A stretch of 63,167 nt of DNA, filler included, from Asterionella formosa (lineage: Eukaryota), in the NCBI GenBank assembly GCA_002256025.1. It is 17 parts of 17 records of this genome, joined end to end, with 100 filler letters (N's around TTAATTAATTAA, not from the genome) between each part and the next. Parts side by side here need not be neighbours in the genome. Positions count along the whole stretch, not along the records: positions 1 to 3,635 come from NKIB01014009.1; positions 3,736 to 7,368 come from NKIB01014010.1; positions 7,469 to 11,099 come from NKIB01014011.1; 14 more parts are not named here. The stretch is one strand, 5' to 3'. The translations under genes were made by a program, and so were the position numbers. Positions 1 to 10,927 of this stretch are shown one piece after another. Every line of letters starts with the position of its first letter. Positions within the stretch are counted from its first letter, which is position 1. The notes beneath the pieces were generated by a model. It was not told the DNA's origin, did no database searches, and was given only the letters and a program-made list of their open reading frames with translations.

Positions 1-429
1 GAGACATGCAATGCTCAACGATGCTCAACAAGTACCAACGGTGCTTTATTTCCAATCTGGCAGGCTATTGTAATCTCTACAATCAACAATGACTTAATTA
101 TGTGTCTACAACATCAACTACTACTACTACGTGTGCTGAATTCTACAGTGTGAATCTTCCTCTTGCATGTGTTATTCTTTGCCAGTTCAGATCAAAGAAA
201 TATGTCGGAGCTGAAAAAATAATAAGTGAATCGGAATTGGCGACTCTTTCGTTCATTATATGGTGAAAGCAGCATAATATTGCGGCAGAGCAGCATAATT
301 TCGCTTTTAAACTGTTGCAATGGCTAGTTGGTCAACATATATTGTCACGAACACACATAATTATTGGTGTGATCACATAATTATTCGATAAGTGAAATAA
401 ATTTTTGTTTAACCCGAATAAATTAGGGA

Positions 430-561
430 AAAAGTAGCATAATATTTCAAAAAAGTAACATAATATTTTAGAAAAGTAACATAATATTTTAAAAAAGTAG
501 CATAAATACGTCACTTTACACATAAATTCGAAAAAGTGCCGTAAACGGCGTCTTAGATGTA
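430..561. repeat. Four 21-bp tandem repeats plus the terminus (..CTTAGATGTA) of an unclassified non-autonomous DNA element
   Basis: AAAAGTARCATAATATTTYAR units at 430, 451, 472 and 493 (last partial). The ~40 bp ending at 561 resemble the ends at 30087 and 33920. Confidence 0.6.
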
Positions 562-756
562 GGACCAGCATGCATTTTGGTCATCCTTGAGTGGGTAATC
601 CTTGTCTGGAATATGTCGAGTTTTTCCCATCCAACAAGTTGTGTTGGATATTGCTTTGTGATCACAATTTTATGTGGCACCCTTCGATAGCGCTATTTAC
701 AACATTAGGTTCAGTATTCTCCCCATCGCCTGTTTGTTAGGAGAATTAGTCGATAA

Positions 757-2455
757 ATTGCTCCAAGTTTTCGAGTTTTGTCTCTTTTGCAGGTCAGAAA
801 GCCGCTCTTGTTTCGTATCGTCATGCTATTGTCCTCGAAGATCACTTGATTACCCTTGTCAATCATTCTTGAGACACTGATGATGTTCTGCTTGAACTCC
901 GGTGCATAAAGCACATCGGTGAGTTTCAAGGGTTTTCCTTCGTCCATAGTCGCCCGTCAGGGTCACGGTACCAGAGACAGTTGATTCTATCTCAGTTCCA
1001 TTCCCTACCATGACCGTTTCACTCACTTGTTTCTTGTATTCCATCATGCGCACATTGGTGCAGATGTGAACAGAAGAACCGCTGTCTAACAACCAGCGAT
1101 TTCTGACGTCACGAGCGAGGTTGACTTCCTTGTTGTAACTAATTTCGACACACATGGGTATGAACATTCCTTGCTGGGTAGATGTAGTCATGTTGTTCTC
1201 TTCGCTTTTATTATTTTTAGATACACTGTTTCTGGTGCACTCGCTTGCGTGGTGTCCCATGCGTTAGCACTTGAAACACTTGATCGTTTTCCTCTTTTCT
1301 TTCTGCTCAGGAGTGAGCTCCTTCTTGTTGGCACTATTGCCCTTGCTTGCTGCGACAGTCAGCTGCCTTGTGGCCATACTTGCCACACTTACGACAGTCA
1401 CCTTTGAACTTCCCATTCGTGTAGAAGGCCTGTTCACTCTTGTTCTTGTTAGTTGTTTTGACATCATCCCGGACATATAGATCGTAGTAATCCCGGATGT
1501 CTGTCTTAATCTCTTCGACCGTTAGCGTGTTGTGCGCCAGGCCAAACCTTCCTACTACCAAACTCTTGTAGCTCTCTAGTAGGTTGTTGATCATGTGTGC
1601 CACATAGGCACCATCCGAAACGGCAGAGCTCATATTGCCCAATCATTCCCGGATATGATCCAACTCCACATACCAGCTGTAGGGGTTCTCGTTTTCCCCT
1701 ACTAGAGTGCACTTCGTCCATTGGTGGGACAAGGCAATGACATTCGCCATGTTGCCTGACTCATGAGTAGAAATGAGCTTGTCCCATGCTTCTTTAGCAT
1801 TGCCATTAGGAAACTTGGCACTTCTTGCATTATTTATGTGTCCAAATGCATGGTCCACTCTGGCATGCCATTATCAAACTTGCGTAAGCAACTGTGTTGT
1901 TCCTTCGGATGCATTTCTCGTCAGCATCTGACAACACGGTCGTATCGCCCTTTAGGTCTTTCTCTCCTCTTGATAGTTTGTCACCATTAAGTATTCCTTG
2001 AAAGATCTTGTAGCACGCGTATGAGAGAAACTTCGCTTTCCACATGTGCCATTTAGCATCTTGCCCATCGAATGTCAGCAACCTCACTGATGTGTCTTTG
2101 TCACTTCCCATCGTTCCTGAGTAGCCTTTGGCCTTCAAAGGTGTGCTTTAAAGTGTGTTGAAAGGTCTCGTACTCCTTCCTGTCTGACGGGTTCCTCTTA
2201 CGTAGGACTTACCTGTTATACCACTAGTATTGTTATCTTCTTTCTGCTGCTAGCCTTTGTGCTAGTTTTCGCTATTGACCTGCCTTACTATGTCAATTCT
2301 CACTGTGCGTTTCTTAATTATAAGCTTAAACTAAAACTAAGTTTCAATCCCATTCATTGCACTTCAAGAACCTTTTCTTGGTGTTCCCTTTTTGTTGATG
2401 TAAAACTTCTTCTGATTGATCTAAGACATCAATCTTGTTAGCAAGCTTCTTGACA
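757..2455 (-). mobile_element. Degenerate Ty1/copia LTR retrotransposon: 5' LTR, gag, protease, 3'-truncated
   Basis: Broken frames give a gag N-terminus (TFDGQDAKWHMWKAKF), zinc knuckle CRKCGKYGHKAADC, a second knuckle and protease WLLDSGSSVHIC. Close paralog of 46950-48310. Many stops and frameshifts. Confidence 0.93.
2291..2455 (-). repeat. Putative 165-bp 5' LTR
   Basis: Bounded by 6-bp inverted termini TGTCAA (2291) and TTGACA (2450-2455), just upstream of gag. The same AATTGACA end is at 11328-11335 in the sister copy. Confidence 0.6.
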
Positions 2456-2782
2456 TGGGAACACACCATTTGACTAATTGGACTTTAGTTGAGTCCACAG
2501 TCCTGGTGACTCAATATGGCCATTTTGATGCTATGTATACCTTATCGTCCTCGCTGCAAACTGTACCTGGAGGTGCGCAATAAGAAATGGATAGATTCTC
2601 CGGGTTTCCCCGCGCCAATTACGGTACTTCTATGCTCATGTTTTCGTCCGAACAAGCAAATTGGTCTTCCGGTATACATACTGTTACCTATTTGCTTGTA
2701 GTCGTATTGAATCAGTTTCATCCGCCCGGAGTTAGCATCCAGAAACAGGGAGACAATCATCGAAGCCATCTCAACGACGGAA

Positions 2783-3635
2783 ATGGAAAAAGAAAGCGCT
2801 TCTCAATCTCGAAGCTCCCAAAATGATGAGGGAAAGGACAACGAGCAAATAACCCTCAATGAACTCCTTCAGTCAACGGTATCTTACAGCAAACCTCGAG
2901 CCAACCGCACAGAAACTGTTCGCATCATTGACGCTCTCACGAGGGAAGGTATGCGTCCTTCTCCTTCCAGCCTATTCGGAAATGGCGCCATGCTTGTATC
3001 GGACATTCCTGGGAGTGCTTTCAAGGAAGGTGTTAACATGGGAATTGACGAAGCTGGCCGTGGTCCTGTCCTTGGTCCAATGACTTACGCGGCTGCATTT
3101 TGGGCAAAATCCCAGGATTCCAAAGTTCCCCATGGCTTTAATGATTCCAAGCAACTGACCGCCGACTCGCGCGAGAACTTATATCGGCAAATAATGACTT
3201 GCTCTGAAATGGGCTTTGTCTTACGGGTCCTACATGCATCAGAAATTTCCCGAAACATGCTTCGCAAGGAGCCATACAATCTCAATGCAATGTCACATGA
3301 TGCCGCTATGCAAATGATTCAGGTGGTTTTGGATGCTGGGGTCAAGATCCATAACTGCTACGTCGATACCGTGGGGAGTCCAGAAGCCTATCAAAGTAGA
3401 TTGAACAGAGTCTTCGCCGAACATGACATCAACTTTGTCGTTGAGAAGAAGGCAGATTCGAAGTATGCAGAGTGCTCAGCTGGTTCTATTGGTACGTATC
3501 TTAGGAAAAATTGAATGTCATGCTTTGGCCATTGGTATTTTTGATGAGACTGTGTGCCTTATTGCTAAACTTTCCACACTAATTGCACTTGAAATATATT
3601 TATTTCAATTCCATTCATTGCAGTTGCCAAGGTGG
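2783..3635 (+). CDS. RNASEH2A: Ribonuclease H2 catalytic subunit A, 3'-truncated by contig end; exons 2783-3491 and 3624->3635
   Basis: Motifs GIDEAGRGPVLGPM, DSKQL, LNAMSHD, YVDTVG, KKADSKY. Removing the GT-AG intron 3492-3623 restores the conserved SAGSIVAKV. Confidence 0.93.
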
Positions 3636-3735
3636 NNNNNNNNNNNNNNNNNNNNNNNNNNNNNNNNNNNNNNNNNNNNTTAATTAATTAANNNNNNNNN
3701 NNNNNNNNNNNNNNNNNNNNNNNNNNNNNNNNNNN
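3636..3735. other. Artificial contig linker N44-TTAATTAATTAA-N44, first of 16; others start at 7369, 11100, 14834, 18564, 22292, 26019, 29738, 33457, 37175, 40892, 44609, 48322, 52034, 55746, 59457
   Basis: Identical 100-bp structure recurring every ~3.7 kb. The core puts stop codons in all six frames. Contig lengths fall from about 3635 to 3611 bp. Confidence 0.98.
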
Positions 3736-3791
3736 CAAATCATTGAAGATTGCTTCACTAATGAAATGAGTCATATCATTTTACGACAAAG

Positions 3792-5009
3792 AATCTATTG
3801 ATTTTTCATCAAATGCCATAGATGGATCACTACCAAGTGAACTGGGTCTATTGACAAGTGTTACATATATGTCTGTATCTATTAATCAGCTTACTGGACC
3901 AATTCCAATGGAGCTTGGACAGTTGACCAACATCACAACGTTGTCATTGTATAGAAACAAGTTGACAGGAACACTTCCACCAGAAATTGGCCAATGGGCT
4001 AACCTTGTTGTTAAATTGTTTCTACAAAATAATATATTTCAGGGACCACTTCCGACAGAGATTGGATTGTTGACAAAACTATCAGCATTGTATATGAACT
4101 ATAATGACTTCACTGGTCCACTTCCTTCAGAAATTGGATATTTGACAAATCTCATTGATTTTAAAGCAAATTCCAACCGTCTCTTTGGCACAGTTCCTAC
4201 AGAGATTGGATACCTGAGAGGTCTAACAACATTGTATCTATTTTAAAACCAGTTGACTGGTCCTCTTCCTTCAGAAATTGGCTATTTGACAAATCTCATT
4301 GATTTTAAAGCAAATTCCAACAGTCTCTTTGGTACACTTCCTACAGAGATTGGATACCTGAGAGGTCTAACATCATTGTATGTTTATTAAAACCAGTTGA
4401 CTGGTCCTCTTCCACCAGAAATTGGCTTTTTGAAAAATATCATTGATTTTAGAACAAATTCCAACCGTCTCTTTGGCACAGTTCCTACAGAGATTGGATT
4501 CTTGACAGGTCTAACAGTATTAGTTCTTTGGGAAAACCAGTTGACTGGTGCACTTCCGACAGAAATTGGCAATTTGAAAAATATGGCATTATTTGCTGCA
4601 AGCACAAACCATTTCAATGGAACACTTCCTTCAGAAATTGGATTCTTGACAAGTCTTACATTATTGCATCTATTTAATAATCAGTTGACTGGTGCACTTC
4701 CAACGGAAATTGGCAATTTGACAAGTCTCAATAATTTTCAGATTCATTCCAATATGTTTACTGGTGCAATTCCCACAGAAATTGGTCTCATGTCATCATT
4801 GAGTAAGTTTAGTTTATCTGAAACTGACATTTCTTGACCATTTGTTCTAAAATTTCACTTTCTTGACAGCCACATTAAATTTTGGAAAGAACAATTTTAC
4901 AGGGCCAGTTCCAACAGAAGCATGTAATATTGCAACAATAATTTTTTGCCCACCGCTGATTTGCAACTGTGGTAGCTACTGTTCCGCAATTAAGCTCGAT
5001 TGTGATTAA
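3792..5009 (+). pseudogene. Leucine-rich repeat protein (24-aa plant/stramenopile-type LRRs, Cys-rich C-terminus), 5'-truncated, with two in-frame TAA codons
   Basis: Repeated LxLxxNxLTGxLPxEIGxLT. TAA at 4244-4246 and 4388-4390 without frameshift. Intron 4803-4869 (GTAAG..CAG) joins a last exon ending ..CPPLICNCGSYCSAIKLDCD*. Confidence 0.85.
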
Positions 5010-6025
5010 TCATTTTTGCTCTGATGATTTGTGAACATGCATAATAATAATTTTCTTTCTTAAAGCTGCCAGTAGTTAAATACCAAGTATCTGCTGGTGT
5101 TGATTCGAGTCATTTATATTTCATTTTAAATATTAGCAAATTGTTTGTCTATTTTCTGTCCTGGAATCTTGGCATGGCATTGTCTGGTGTTGGCGTGGGC
5201 AATTCATCAAAATAAATCCACTAGCTTGCCTGTTGAGCAGTCCATCGTTTAGTGGGATCCCACTTCATTATATTGGAGAATAACGTGAGACTGACTGGTG
5301 ATATTCCTAGAAAGCGATCCCACAGTTTTGCAGGTATAATGTATGGTAGGAAGTTCAATGGTCTCATTTGCAATCAAGGGTAGTTCTAAAATACCTGGCC
5401 ATATGGCCTCATGTGGTGTGCCTACTGTGAGAATTATGCTGCATTTCTCATGTGCCCTTGCTCCCTGGTGCCAGGGGTGCAGTGCCATTGGGTATTCAAA
5501 TGTTTGACGTACGTGTGATGGTGAGGCTGTGGTATTAAAGTATCTGATGGGTTTCCGGGTCCCCCCTTCATTTTTGTATTGACGATTCGATTTGTAACTT
5601 GCTGCCGGATTGGGTCCGAGCGGATGTGGTTGGGTCTCTTTTGGCAGTTGGTTGATGGCGAGTCATGCTGCGGTGTAGCGATTCTTCTATTGGCATAATA
5701 AGGGTTTTTGGGCGATGTGTTCATTCCACAGTCAGATATATCTGAATGATGAGGGTCTTCTCGTCTTGCTGCTGTTTGGTGCATGTTAGACAGGCTAGCG
5801 CGCTTTTGCAGACAATGCCCAATGATTATGAGACATATAATTGAAACTAGACTAATCTGTTATTGATTTGCGTCTTACTTTGGTTATTGTCAAACTGCAT
5901 TTATTCGTTTGAATATTTGCTGGTTTCCCTCACGCTTCCCCTGCGCAACACGACAACCGTCGTATTGTAGACTATCGTCTATCATTCTTCGTCGATCCTC
6001 TCGACTTCGTGGTCTAGAACCTAAC

Positions 6026-7368
6026 ATGGCTCAAGCTCCCAACGCCCATGCGGCTTTCGTCTTTGCTCTAACCCCAGCTCTCGCAAATCCTGATCCCGTT
6101 GATTACAACTCAAATGAAGGGATGAAATTGTACAAGTCTGCAACCGAAAAACTCAATCATCCCTTCGATGGTGAAACTGGAGGCCTCCGCCTTTTCCTTC
6201 AAGCCTTGCAGCAACGAGCCGACGCATTTGGATGTGCCTCCATCCTCACGGTCCCTGATGACCACAACGTTGGGCGAAACCTAATCACCGAATATGTAAG
6301 GGTCATCATGGCAAATGTGGTTGCTCACGCAGCCACACATGTTCATTCCCAGACGTGTGACGCACAGAACTGTGCGCAGTTGTTTACGTGCATTTACGAT
6401 TCACTTTCAATGGAGGCCTTGCTCAAGGTTTCTACAGACTCATCTGCCTATCGTCTTACGTCACCTACAGCCCCTACACACATAGTGGCAAGTGGTGCTG
6501 CATTCTTGAAACTTCTCATTACGAGATGCACGGTCGATACACGATCCACGGTGGCTACCATTCGCCGTACCCTCAGCGTGTTGGATGAAAACATGTTATC
6601 GGTGGACTGCAACATTGAGAAGTTTAACCTCCATGTCCGTGTGCAACGTGACGCACTTATGTCTCGTGGGGAAACTTCTTCTGACCTACTGACAAATCTG
6701 TTTACAGCATACGAGGCTGTGGAGGATAAAGTGTTCCATGATTACATGATTGGTCAGCAGGATCAGTATCACGATGGACGGGTGGATTTTGATGTGGATT
6801 CGCTGATGGACCTGGCCCTAAATAAATATAAATGGTGTGGGCGGTCCCATCCCAGTGCTTCTCAAAGGCACGGTGAAGTGGCGCATAGAGGACAACCTGG
6901 GGTGTATTCACATTTTTCGTATTCCAGGAACTTATTTTGCCCCGGCGGCCCCCTTTAGAATGTTTTCTCCTCAACATTGGAGTCAGGAGACTAATAAGTG
7001 CCTTAAGCAAGGCCTTAAGGGAGCATGGTGCGCCACCTACGAGGACAGGGTAACTCTCCACTGGGGTAATGATAAATATGTGCGATCTATCTGGCTGGAT
7101 CCAAGCACAAATGTGGCAACTGTACAGACTGCACCAGGGTGCACCAGATATCAGATCTACGAGGCCATTATAGGATCAACGAAGGAACACAATAGATCTA
7201 AAATGTTTTAATGTTAACACTGTCACCGATGATGAATGCTCAGACCGTGAGGAGGATGTTAAGGTGCGATCTAAGCTTCCCTACAGTTTGAATGAAGATG
7301 AACCATCAATAATTGGGGGGCCAGAGAAGGGAGATGCCAGTGGAACACATGATCCGTCCGTTAAGGGA
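6026..7368 (+). mobile_element. Diatom-type copia retrotransposon fragment: gag joined by internal deletion to the protease region
   Basis: Gag-like FALTPA..DYNSNEGMKLYKSATEKL..FDG..LALNKYK, then an abrupt switch of frame to GTVKWRIED..HIFRIPGTYFAP..RMFSPQHW, which resembles the protease C-terminal region of diatom copia pol. Confidence 0.72.
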
Positions 7369-7472
7369 NNNNNNNNNNNNNNNNNNNNNNNNNNNNNNNN
7401 NNNNNNNNNNNNTTAATTAATTAANNNNNNNNNNNNNNNNNNNNNNNNNNNNNNNNNNNNNNNNNNNNGATC

Positions 7473-7672
7473 CAGTAGGTAAGCGAATGACGCGACGATA
7501 GCTAGAGCGGGAATTGCCTCAACATTACCCTTCCGGCGCCACTCGTACGGTCAACCTACTCGCGCCACCCAGCCTCGAACACATGTATACTCGCAGGCAA
7601 GTAGCCGCCGAGAAGGGTACTGTTGAGGCAATTCCCGCTCTAGCTATCGTCGCGTCATTCGCTTACCTACTG
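7473..7672. repeat. 200-bp foldback (MITE-like) with ~61-bp inverted arms
   Basis: CAGTAGGTAAGCGAATGACGCGACGATAGCTAGAGCGGGAATTGCCTCAACA-T-TACCCTTC matches the reverse complement of ~7612-7672 with one mismatch. Confidence 0.9.
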
Positions 7673-8557
7673 CCCACGAATTTAGCATAAATGTCAATTT
7701 TAGCCTACTATTGCCCATCATATAAAATCTATTTCGTATATTTCCTATCTTCACCTCGAAAATTGCCGAAGGTCTGATATTGCCCATCATAAAATATATT
7801 TGGATATTTCATATGTTAGCATTTTGGCAAGACAACAGACGTCAATTGCCCCTCGGTTTTCCAGCCCTGGGATTGCTGAAATCGGCAAGGGGTCTACTTA
7901 AGGGAACCATTTTATATACTATACAGATTTGATTATAATATATCTAGTATTCACCAATCTGTTGTAATATACATCGATTTTGTTTGTTTCCTTAAATGTG
8001 AGAGCGGAAATACAGCTTTGACACAGTAAATCATTTACCATCATGCCTCATTTGAAGCAAAATGTGTTCCTTGATGACTCCAGTAGCGACTCGTCTTCAA
8101 ACGGATGTGGTTGGTTGTTGGACGACTCGTCTTCTTGTGGAATTCATGTAGTGACATCATACCCACTTCGTTGCAGTGGTGCCAAAATCGCTATTCCCAA
8201 TTCAATTGATCTCAAAAAGTCTCATAATTCATCATCTGATCTGTTGGATACTGACGAATCGGATGATTGCTCATCAATAATATCATTGATTGGACTGTTG
8301 GGGAACAAGGCAAGATTCATGGGTTGCGTCGGTAAGAAGTCCATTTTGTGCCATCGTTGTCACATTTTTGGTGCTATTTTCAGACGTTATGTTCAGTTAT
8401 TCTTCAAAAATTTATTTTTTAGTATGTTTTCTACGTGAAGATCAGATATGATGTCTCGGAAGCAAGTTTGAGAGTGCTTTTTATGATGCTCTAAAATATA
8501 TAGTTGCTCTGTTTTAATTCAATCTTATTACAATTCTAACACGCTGATTATTCTACA

Positions 8558-9320
8558 ATGACAATGGGAACTAGAAGCCGTCGTTTCTCTCAAAGAGCAG
8601 TGACAAATACTGCTAAGCGCAAAGTGCAAGATGATAACCGGCGTGCTTCATTGGCAATGTGTACACTAGAAAGGAAAAAGAAGCTTGGGAATGTTGTTGA
8701 TTGGTGTGTCCTTCCGCCTATGCTGGCTGACCGAATTGTCGATTTCATCCTAACATACTATTCAATTCATTACATTCTTCAGTTTATTGGAACGGAATGA
8801 GGTTGTTGCAAATGCTGCAAGTATTCTCGAAGCAGCCATTGAAGCTGCGCCTGGCTGACTGGAGTTCCGCCTCATGTTGTCCAGCTTGCTGCAATTGAGC
8901 AGATCAAGACCATTGTTTCAGAAATACAGCCAGGAGTGTTAGAAGGTGTCGAAAAAATGTTGGATGACCGTACCATGGGTGGGACATTATCAGAGACTAG
9001 AATGAAGTCCATTTTGGAAGAAAGTCGAAAAAAGTTTGTTGAGGAGCTAGATCAAAGGATGCCAACAACAGCAAACAATACTATGCCATGGTCAGCTACT
9101 GGCAATGGTACAGATCATACTGAATTGATGGGTGAACACAAAATTTGGATTCACAAGGGAAAGTTTAGACGGGTTCCTCCCAACTGGAAATTCCCAAAAT
9201 GCGGCCTCCTTGTTGCATACAAACTATGGCACACAAAGGATACAGTGTCGGGGCAGTGTGCCATGAAGTTTTTGAAGCCCATGGATGTTGATTTTTTGTC
9301 AAGAGGTTTAGGTGAATTAA
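8558..9320 (+). mobile_element. CryptonS-like element remnant; C-terminal region kept, recombinase core absent
   Basis: LTGVPPHVVQL (from ~8856) and HKGKFRRVPPNWKFPKCGLLVAYKLWH resemble the conserved C-terminus of stramenopile CryptonS proteins. No catalytic motifs visible. Confidence 0.55.
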
Positions 9321-9524
9321 TTATCTTAAAAATTCATATAAATGCTATTCAATTATTGAAGTAGACATACCGGTACTATATTAGCTATATAATGAAATTT
9401 CACGAGGTGAAGCATAATATCAGTGCTTTCTGTATTAGGGTTGTATGGGTGGGTGTGGTCTGCCCGAGGTAGAAGTCATTCTCGTGTGTACATTTTGTAC
9501 TGACCAATTTTTAGGTGTCGGTTT

Positions 9525-9703
9525 TGTTAATATCCGCATATGATGCTCCATACATGCGCCGTACGAACCATACCGGCGCAGCCACCAGATTAGGTACATG
9601 CATGAGTGCTAACAACGATGTACTTGGAACAGCAATAGAATAGTCATAATATTGTAGTTCACCTTTATTCACGATAAGGTTCCCCTCAACAGAACTACAA
9701 TAT
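9525..9703 (+). repeat. Putative 5' LTR ending ..CTCAACA at 9691 and atypical PBS at 9692-9703
   Basis: Copia-like CAACA end 148 bp upstream of gag. The next 12 nt are complementary to 9649-9660. The 5' boundary (TGTTA at 9525) is a guess. Confidence 0.5.
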
Positions 9704-9838
9704 CTGTTCTTTCTCTCTTGTCCGCACCTGCGAAGTTGCGGCTCTTGTCGACAGTGCAAACCAGCACTGGTCTCAACAATCAACCGTCCAGCACCGCTTG
9801 CCCGTTCGCTGTCCCTGTCTCTCAGGCCTTCTTCCACC

Positions 9839-10927
9839 ATGACGACTATAATCGTTTCCGCTGTTTTCCCCTTCCCTCATCCGCTCTTGACGCCGATCGA
9901 GGGCAAACCTACAGCCTTCACTGTAACCCGCCTTCGCAAGGAACTCTTTGCCAACGCTCGCTCTGTCCACTGTACCAGTGGTGGTGGTGCCAATGGTTTC
10001 CTTGGTATTGTCATGGCTGCTGCTCCTTATCTTTTACGTGCCGGTGAACCCTTTGTACCGCCCGAACATCTTGGCATCCAGCCGACACACAGTGCTACTG
10101 CAACACAGTCCCAAATCACTGCTGCCAACCGTCTCTTTGACACCTCCCTTGACGCATTCCGCCGTTACTCCCAAATCCGTGAAATTCTCCGACAACAAAT
10201 TCTAACAGCCATTGACCCAACCTACTACAACGTTCTGGAAGATGCTACATTTGGATATGCAGACATCACTGTTCTGACCTTACTTGCTCACTTAGAATCT
10301 ACATATGCAACATTGAGTGCGGATGATTTGGAACTCAATCGCATGCGCTTGGCCGATGCTTGGACACCAGAGGAACCTATTGAGCATTTATGGATCCGCA
10401 TCAAACATCTTCGTGCCATTGCTGCTGCTGGTGGGGAACCTTTCTCTGACAGTACTGTCATGCGATTGACTCTTTCTGCTTTAGAACAGGCTGGTGTATA
10501 TTCTCATAGCATTCAAACTTGGCGTGATCGCGCTGAGCTGGACCGTACATGGGTTAATTTTTGCCCACATTTCATGCATGCTGATAAGGAACGATTGCGC
10601 CTTGCCACCGCCACCACTGCCGGTTATCATGGTGCCCATGCTGCCATTCAAACCAGTGGCCCTCCCCCATTGCCAGCTATTGCTGCCGCTGCTCGTGCTG
10701 TCCCTTCTGGATACACTTACAACAATGTCCAATTAGGCTATTGTTGGACTCATGGTCTTACCAAAAACCCTGACCATACCAGTGCAACTTGCAATCATCC
10801 AGCTTCTGGCCATCAACTCAATGCCACCCTTGATCGACGTCTGGGTGGCAGCGTCCGTCTGTTCAGTGATGGTCCCCGTCCTACCCGGCCACCCCGTGTT
10901 TCACCGCCACCTTCACCACTTGCTTGA
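9839..10927 (+). CDS. Gag-like protein of a diatom-type copia retrotransposon (intact 362-aa ORF)
   Basis: LTPIEGKPT..ELFANARSV..GGGANGFLG start and C-terminal YCWTHG..HTSATC..H..AT..GG Cys/His motif. Followed directly by an aspartic protease motif. Confidence 0.8.
   Translation: MTTIIVSAVFPFPHPLLTPIEGKPTAFTVTRLRKELFANARSVHCTSGGGANGFLGIVMAAAPYLLRAGEPFVPPEHLGIQPTHSATATQSQITAANRLFDTSLDAFRRYSQIREILRQQILTAIDPTYYNVLEDATFGYADITVLTLLAHLESTYATLSADDLELNRMRLADAWTPEEPIEHLWIRIKHLRAIAAAGGEPFSDSTVMRLTLSALEQAGVYSHSIQTWRDRAELDRTWVNFCPHFMHADKERLRLATATTAGYHGAHAAIQTSGPPPLPAIAAAARAVPSGYTYNNVQLGYCWTHGLTKNPDHTSATCNHPASGHQLNATLDRRLGGSVRLFSDGPRPTRPPRVSPPPSPLA

Noticed and set aside
3680..3691. TTAATTAATTAA as a biological motif (piggyBac TTAA site or regularly spaced repeat)
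   Set aside because: Always centred in exactly 44+44 N; it is a six-frame-stop assembly linker.
4244..4390. Genome-wide TAA reassignment (alternative genetic code)
   Set aside because: TAA ends other genes normally (5009, 21019, 52442, 55246) and long genes such as CTF4 have no internal TAA.
5784..5950. LTR and self-priming site for the contig-2 copia
   Set aside because: TGTTA..CAACA boundaries are plausible, but there is no second LTR to confirm them and no convincing complement to the following bases.
8043..8438. 131-aa plus-strand ORF
   Set aside because: No motifs. The opposite strand looks more like a decayed coding frame with TGA stops, and neither can be assigned.
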